Source: Eledone cirrhosa (Eukaryota). Taken from it: 64,000 nucleotides of DNA. The DNA is taken from contig OZ024742.1 in assembly GCA_964016885.1 (NCBI GenBank), positions 46,748,001-46,812,000 on the forward strand, given 5' to 3'. The notes below the pieces were generated by a model, which saw only the letters and a program-made list of their open reading frames with translations, ran no database searches and had not been told where the DNA came from. The translations under genes were made by a program, and so were the position numbers. Of the stretch, positions 55,360-64,000 are shown piece after piece (the first letter of the stretch is position 1; the number at the start of each line of letters is the position of its first letter).

Positions 55360-55705
55360 AGTAGATCCCAGTAAAGAATTCTAAGAAAAGAACACTTCTC
55401 TAGTAACTTTCCCTAGGGATAGAGACTTAGTTAACCAACGTAAAGGTAGAAGACTTCGGAAATTTCCCTTATTGCAGTTTCCAAGGCGAGGATCAAGTCC
55501 TTTCACTTAACAGCTTTATATACTTTTCTTATACCTTGGACAGTCTCAATATATTGTAATGGACTGTACTGTTTCTTGATCTCGGAAACTTGCAATAAGG
55601 GAACTTAGTGAAACCTTCTAGATTTAGGTTACCTAACTTAGACGCTACCTCTAGGGAAATATGCTTGTGAAGAGTTCTTATTTTAGATCTCTTTACTGGG
55701 ATTTA
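55360..55705. repeat. Old, highly diverged fold-back
   Basis: Paired blocks ATCCCAGTAAAGA/TCTTTACTGGGAT, TTTCCCTAG/CTAGGGAAA and TTCCCTTATTGCA/TGCAATAAGGGAA. Confidence 0.75.
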
Positions 55706-55966
55706 CACGTCGGTGAATATGTATAAGATGTTCTATATGAATTTGCTTCTCTGAATTAAATATATATTCGCGATATTTTTTCTTTGAGATGTTATCTATG
55801 TTGATGGCAAATTTACTTAAGTTTGATATATATATATATATAGAAAAGAAATAAGATTTCGCTTCAAGCATAGCTTTATACAATATGTATAGAAATTTCG
55901 TATTTCCAAAGAAATACGGTTTCAGGAAGACGTAGCTATGCAAACATCGGGTGACTGACGCCCTCT

Positions 55967-56021
<55 letters not shown>

Positions 56022-56152
56022 GTGTGTGTGTCTGTGTGTGAGTTTTGCACGTGTATATTTGCACATATGTGTGTGTGTTTGTGCGTGTGAATAAATAAGT
56101 GTATATGTTTGGACGTGTCAATGTATATACATATATATGAATGTTAGTATTG

Positions 56153-56227
<75 letters not shown>

Positions 56228-56228
<1 letters not shown>

Positions 56229-56322
56229 ACAAAGAAAGTGTGGTAAGAAACCAGGCGTTCCATAAGTTCGGATCTTTCTGTCGAAACGGCCGGAGCTCAG
56301 CCATCGGGGTCCTGACACTTTT

Positions 56323-56325
<3 letters not shown>
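56228..56325. mobile_element. Internally deleted GAAACGGC-family insert
   Basis: Tail start ACAAAGAAAGTGTGGTAAG fused to the short arm GTCGAAACGGCCGGAGCTCAGCC..CTTTTCC(TA)n. Confidence 0.7.
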
Positions 56326-56379
<54 letters not shown>

Positions 56380-56385
<6 letters not shown>

Positions 56386-56545
56386 ATAATAATAAATTTG
56401 AAAACTAAAATCCAAAGAGGGCTCGTTAAGGTAAATATATATCAAATATATAAGAACCGTAAAGCAAATATTTAGTAAAATAACAGATTAAAGTTTAAGC
56501 AAAGAATCGCTGCTTTCACCCTTAACGGGATCTTCTGAAATTAAA
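56380..56545. mobile_element. Rearranged pieces of the 10400-10685 family
   Basis: AACAGATTAAAG..CCCTTAACGGGATCTTCTGAAA identical to 10412-10470. Confidence 0.7.
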
Positions 56546-56744
56546 ATATCAATCTGTGAACGCAGAAGTAAATGTTTAAAAAAACGTTGCAACCGAAGAA
56601 AGACAGGAAGACGATACTTTGGTTCGTGGAAACGTTCCCTGGCAAAGAACGGATAAAGAACGCATATATATATATATATATATACAGGAAAAGAGTCAGG
56701 ACCTCTTTGGATATTAGTCTTCAAATATATATATATATATATAT

Positions 56745-57375
56745 ATAGTGTATTTTGCAATACACTGTATGCTTAATTAAACGCATTTTGAAGACCTTAC
56801 GCTATTGTTTTACAGTAGTGACTATGTCACCTACTTCTTTTTTCAGCAAACAAAGGAGATAAGCTGACAGATCTCTGTTTCGTACTGTTGGTACTCCTCA
56901 GAGCTTACCACTCCCTTTGCCTGCTGAACATTATGAATGTTGGATTCTTATAGAATTCCAGTAATAATCAGGAACTGATTATACAGAGCGGTTGCCGGTC
57001 CAGCAAAAATTGAAAATTAGAATTGGTGTTCTGAAATAGCAATATATATATACTTTAAAACAACAGAGTAAGGTCTTCAAATTAAGCATACATTGTACCT
57101 GATTATTACTGGAATTCTATAAGAATGCAACATTCATAATTTTCAGCATCAAAGGGAGTGCTAAGCTTTGTGGAGTACCAACAGTACGAAACAGAGATCT
57201 GTCAGATTATCTCCCTTTGTTTGCTGAAAAAAAGAAGTAAGTGACATAGACACTACTTTAATACAATAGCGTAAGGTCTTCAAAATGGTTTTAATTAAGC
57301 ATACAGTGTATTGCAAAATACACTATATATACATTCATATATATATCGCTATTTCAGAGCACCAATTCTAATTAT
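56745..57375. mobile_element. Fold-back insert, ~225-bp arms, with hammerhead and rearranged centre
   Basis: 56745-56972 / 57098-57328; an extra inverted pair at 57015-57050 / 57340-57373. Confidence 0.88.
56860..56907 (-). ncRNA. Canonical type I hammerhead ribozyme
   Basis: UAAGCU-CUGAGGA-GUAC-CAACA-GUAC-GAAAC-AGAGAUCU-GUC-AGCUUA: all core residues present, 6-bp stem I, GUC triplet. Confidence 0.9.
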
Positions 57376-57579
57376 ATATATATATACATATATATAATAT
57401 ATATATATATATATTGTTATACTTGGGGAGGGTCATATTTGTGTAATATTGCCAGAATTAATATATATATATTGTTATATTTCATATCAAAAACCTTGCA
57501 AAACAAACATGCATATATATATATATATATATACGTATATATATATATATATATATATACGTACACGCATACATGCACA

Positions 57580-58915
57580 GACCCGTCCGGTTACCCCCAA
57601 CCTGGTTCGGTCCGCCAGACAAGGCGGTTTACCAGGGTGTGGCCGCTGTCGCATGCTACAGCTTCTTAGGGCCACATGTGAGAGCTGAATGTCAGGTGGG
57701 ACCCAATGCAGGACGAGCTGTCCTGAAAAGAGCATGGTTAGCACCCCCTCCATAGATACATGCCCCTCCCTGACACCCCAGGCATATACACACGTATATA
57801 CATACATATGTACATGTGTATATACATATTTACACATTTTTGGAAGGCCGTTGACTCTTATCAGTTCTTCCGCCCTTCGTCAGGTTTTGTTTTTCATCCT
57901 GGAGGCACTTTTTGCTGATGACTGTGGTCTCATGGCCCACAGGGAGTCTGAGCTCCAACTCATCGTCAACAAATTAGTTCGCGGAGGCCTCTTGCCTATT
58001 CGGTCTCACAATTAGCCTTGGCAAGACTGAGGTCCTGTTCCAGCCTGCACCTGCCTCCGTCGCCCACCCTCCTTCCATCTCCATCGGAGACACTCAGCTA
58101 AAGAGGGTGGACGACTTCAATTACTTCGGCAGTCTCATCAGCAGCGACGGAAGCCCCGACAAGGAGATAAACGCCAGAATCTGCAAAACCAGTCAAGCCC
58201 TTGGCCGCCTGAGGATACGCGTCCTGAACCAGCACAACATCAGGCAGTCCACCAAGCTCAAGGTGTCAGGGCCGTTGTTCTCACCAGCCTCCTCTACGGA
58301 TGTGAGACATTGACCCTGTACAGAAGGCACTTGAAGCAGCTGGAACGGTTCCACATGCGCAGCCTGCGGTCAATCATGAACATCAAATGGCAGGACAAGG
58401 TCGCCAACATCGAAGTTCTTGACATGGCTGAGACAACCAGTGTCGAAGCTATGATACTGAAGAGCCAACTTCGATGGGTGGGACATGTCATCCGTATGGA
58501 TGTTCACAGGCTCCCGAAGCAACTGATGTATGGGGAACTCTGTTCGGGGAAACGAAAGCGGGGCACGCTTCTCAAGAAGTTCTAAGACTGCGTGAAGTCC
58601 AGTATCAACAACACTGGAATCGCGCCAAAACAACTCCAGTCTGATGCTCAGGACAGGACTGAGTGGCGAGCCCTTACCAGACACGCCAAAGACTGTTTTG
58701 AAGAGAAGAGACGGGCAGAGATCACTGAGGCCCGTGAAAGGAGGAAAAAGGCATCAACAGCTGCCCCAAGCGAGTTCCGGTCTCTTCCCCTGCCCCACTG
58801 TCCTCGGACCTGCAAGTCAAGGATCGGCTTCCACAGCCACCTTCATGCCCATGGCAAAGAGGAACTAAAGTAAAGAAGATGTCATCATCGTTTACAATGG
58901 ACAACCAAGAAGAAA
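57580..58915 (+). mobile_element. RTE-type LINE: probable 5' piece (57580-57775) and RT/C-terminal part (57895-58915)
   Basis: LFADDC, FNYFGS, LLYGCETL, LERFHMR, QLRWVGHVIRM, LPKQLMYGEL and [14 protein letters not shown]; tail GGACAACCAAGAAGAA. Confidence 0.88.
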
Positions 58916-58975
58916 ATACGTGCATACATACACACACACACACGCACACACACACACGCACACACGCACACACGT

Positions 58976-59052
<77 letters not shown>

Positions 59053-60088
59053 CACATATATATATAGAGAGAGATAGATAGATATTCAAACGTCGTGGGT
59101 GAAGTTCGAATTTTCATAAGAAGATATAGGAAGCTCGGCTCAGAAAATAACTGTGATTACAGTCAGTTGCTATACAATAGCTTATATAATCGGATGAAGA
59201 CCCTTAGAGACTGAGAAATGTTCCCTGAGGCAGATTGCACACTAACAGCACTTAATTCTTTACAAAGATTTCTACTTTGCGTGGCTTCGTTTAGTTCTTA
59301 TAAATTTAGAGGAGTCCATTTATAGACATTGTCTTATCCAAACCTCGGTGGCTATCGTTACTTCTTTTACCTGAATATTTTACACTCCATACATATTTTA
59401 GAAATACCTTTTTGTGAACATTTTACATGACAAAGAAACTCAGGACTTTACTTTACATGACGCACATTATAGGAACTAGTTTAGTAGTTTCTAGTAAATC
59501 CACACCTCTTATATGGTCAAGTAGTTTGTGATTTGTCATGAACCTCATAACATGATTTCGAAAGGTCACGGTGTTAATAATCGTGGACGAGGTTCAGTTC
59601 ACACATTCAAGAGCATAAAAACCGACCGATACGTCATACGAGTTATAGGTTTTACATTTGATATAAAGTGAGATCAGTTAAAAGTTTCTTATTTTCCTTA
59701 AATGCTGCCCAGCTTAAGCCTATTCTGTGACGAACTGCAACAGAAGCCTCATTCGTGCTTGAAAATTCATGGCCTAGATAGACATGCTATATTGAGAGTG
59801 AACGAGAGGCAGGAAATAGGGTGGTGTCAACTGAAATATGTCATTTGATAATTTTATGATCATTTCTGATTAAAGGAAATCAATGACATCTTGTTATTGT
59901 ATTTCAGGATATTAGATATTTGCTTCGATGAACCCCCCCCCCCCACGCACATATATATATATATGTGTGTGTGTATCCCGGGTCCAATCAGGGTTAACCA
60001 CAGTAATGAAGGTACACAATATATAGCAGAGTATAACATTTTAATATAGAAATCGTATCTACAAGACTAGAACTGTTTCATTTGAAGG

Positions 60089-60136
<48 letters not shown>

Positions 60137-60220
60137 GTTATTCCGGGTTGAAATGGAGGTAACCACAATAGGTAAGGTACTCAATACATTGCAGAGTATA
60201 AAAGGTTTAATATAGATGAG

Positions 60221-60267
60221 ATTCTACAGGACTAGAACTGTTTCATTCTTTAGAAATCATCAGGAAT
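60221..60267 (-). ncRNA. Type I hammerhead ribozyme (mirror at ~62751-62801 has a mutated core)
   Basis: AUUC-CUGAUGA-UUUC-UAAA-GAAU-GAAACAG-UUCUAGUC-CUGUA-GAAU. Confidence 0.8.
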
Positions 60268-60779
60268 ATGGGTATCAAAAAATAAATATGGTATTTATAG
60301 GTCTCTACAAGTGGTAGGAGAGGGTGGGCAGTGGGATGGGTGTAGGTCATTGGTTGATAGAAAAGGAATTCATTAAAAGCTAATTCTACAAAGCTATAGT
60401 TTATTTTTATTAATTTTTGTTTTTAGTAACAAAGGCAGACATAATTCTATAAACAGGTTCCGGATGGCATACCATTCCTTGTCATTAAGTTTCTCTTAAG
60501 CTAACAGATGTCTATAAGATCAGTGGGGGGTCAGTCATGGTAGATAGAATTAAAGGAAAAGGAGATTCTTTAAAAGCCCGATTCTTTAAAAGCCCGATGG
60601 CTAAAAACGTCCTCCCCCTATTGGCCCCTATACCTCCTTCCCACCCTACCCCCACCCCTCCTCAACCTGAAATACGGCCACTATGGTTATGTGAGTACCT
60701 CTTTCCTATCTACATTTTCTGCCTGTAGAGGTGTTTTTATGTGCCTGCGTATATGCGTATATTTATTGAGTACTTATTT

Positions 60780-62270
<1,491 letters not shown>

Positions 62271-62815
62271 CGCGAGTGTGTGAGTGAGTGTGTTTTTTTG
62301 TGAATGTGTCTGTTGATTTTTGGCATATAGTTGATTAGTTTAAGAGAAGTTCGAAGATAATTGTAAGATATGCACTCAGTATTTTGAATCTGTCTACAGA
62401 ATTCTCTAAACCTTTGTCACTTAGTAGAACCTTAATGAATTTAGCTTTTAAAGAATCTCATTTTCCTTTAATTCTATCTACCATGACTGACCCCCCACTG
62501 ATCTTATAGACATCTGTTAGCTTAGAGAAACTTATTGACAAGGAATGGTATGCCATCCAGAACCTGTTTATAGAATTCTGTCTGCCTTTGTTACTAAAAA
62601 CAAAAATTAATAAAAATAAACTATAGCTTTTTAGAATTAGCTTTTAATGAATTCCTTTTCTATCAACCAATGACCTACACCCATCCCACTGCCCACCCTC
62701 TCCTACCACTTGTAGAGACCTATAAATACCATATTTATTTTTTGATACCCAGATTCCTGAATATTTCTAAAGAATGAAACAGTTCTAGTCCTGTAGAATC
62801 TCATCTATATTAAAA

Positions 62816-62860
<45 letters not shown>

Positions 62861-63359
62861 CCTTCGAATGAAACAGTTCTAGTCTTGTAGATATACTTAT
62901 ATACTTATATATATATATATATATAATTAGTTATAACAATAACATGTACGAGTATTTAAGCTACGTTGGGTTTTTCAACGCAACTCATTCAGCCTGTCAT
63001 AAAAATGAAAATGGTTTCGCACCGTGGAGATATTACAAAGTGAAGGAGAGTTGTAAGAGTAGGTAATCCCGAAATTATCTATAAATAGACAAGTACCTTA
63101 AATAATGTAAGTGAAAAGGGAGGCGACTATAAAAACATAAGGTAGGCAACTTGTGTTTCAAGCCCAGGGGTTACATTGAAAAGTCGAAGAAATTAAATTC
63201 AATTAATTTGCTCTAGACCATTTTTTTTTCAGAACAAATTTGCTTTATGGGGACAGCGATTGAAGAAGTGGAAACGCTCATTTAAGCAGCGTTTCCCTGT
63301 TTGGATCTTTCCAGTAACCTCCATTTAATGGAAAACGCTGTGGCGTTATCTCAAATATA

Positions 63360-63436
<77 letters not shown>

Positions 63437-63452
63437 AGACACAGGCACACAC

Positions 63453-63493
<41 letters not shown>

Positions 63494-64000
63494 TGCATAG
63501 GCATGCACATGCACGTGGGTGTACAAGTAATGTCATTAAATCGAAACTTAACTGTCCTCATATGCAATTCCAGTATGAAATTATAGTTTCTAAGGCTTTA
63601 TACTTCACATTATAATTTTATTTAGAAATTTAATAATGAAAAATGCGATTCTGTAATATAAAGTTTCAAAGAAACACCGCGCAAATAATCACACCAATGA
63701 TTCTAGTAGAGAAATGTAATGAAATATACGTTTTATTTGATATTTATTAAAAATCTAATTGTCCAGCTAACATGTCAAAATGTAAATAGAAATATATATT
63801 AATCTGTATTGTGTGTTATTTCAAGCAAATCTTATGAAAGCTTTGTAAATTTAGCATTTTTATTTTAATGTTCTATAATGCATCTGTAAAATTGAATGAA
63901 ATCATGCATAAATTATATTTTTTGAAATTATAGCCCTCTTTATTCTTTCGTGTTCTTTTCTCTTATATTTACAACAAATAAAGTGAGCAAATGGGATGAT

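Overview
AT-rich, microsatellite-dense animal DNA, most likely from an octopus or other cephalopod (inferred from the SINE types and repeat landscape). No host gene is recognisable. The window is a mosaic of decayed transposable elements: an R4/Dong-type LINE, several L1/Tx1-type and RTE-type LINE pieces, a mariner, two Helitrons, tRNA-derived SINEs, a near-complete but frameshifted Penelope-like element (PLE; RT plus GIY-YIG), and a 4-kb array of a 39-bp unit. The main signal is a recurring architecture: more than a dozen fold-back (inverted-repeat) inserts of 0.1-2.9 kb from several unrelated sequence families, almost all next to or inside (TA)n runs. Most carry a type I hammerhead ribozyme motif (intact, variant or partial) reading from the centre outwards, and usually one arm has an extra tail. 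One insert still encodes a PLE GIY-YIG C-terminus, which ties the class to Penelope-like retrotransposition. Also notable: U3-A8 and other hammerhead core variants, a duplicated E2F/E-box/CCAAT-like cassette upstream of the ribozyme, a SINE whose 3' tail matches the Tx1 LINE tail, and a possible coding reading of the 39-bp array. All structures were read by eye, and coordinates are approximate.
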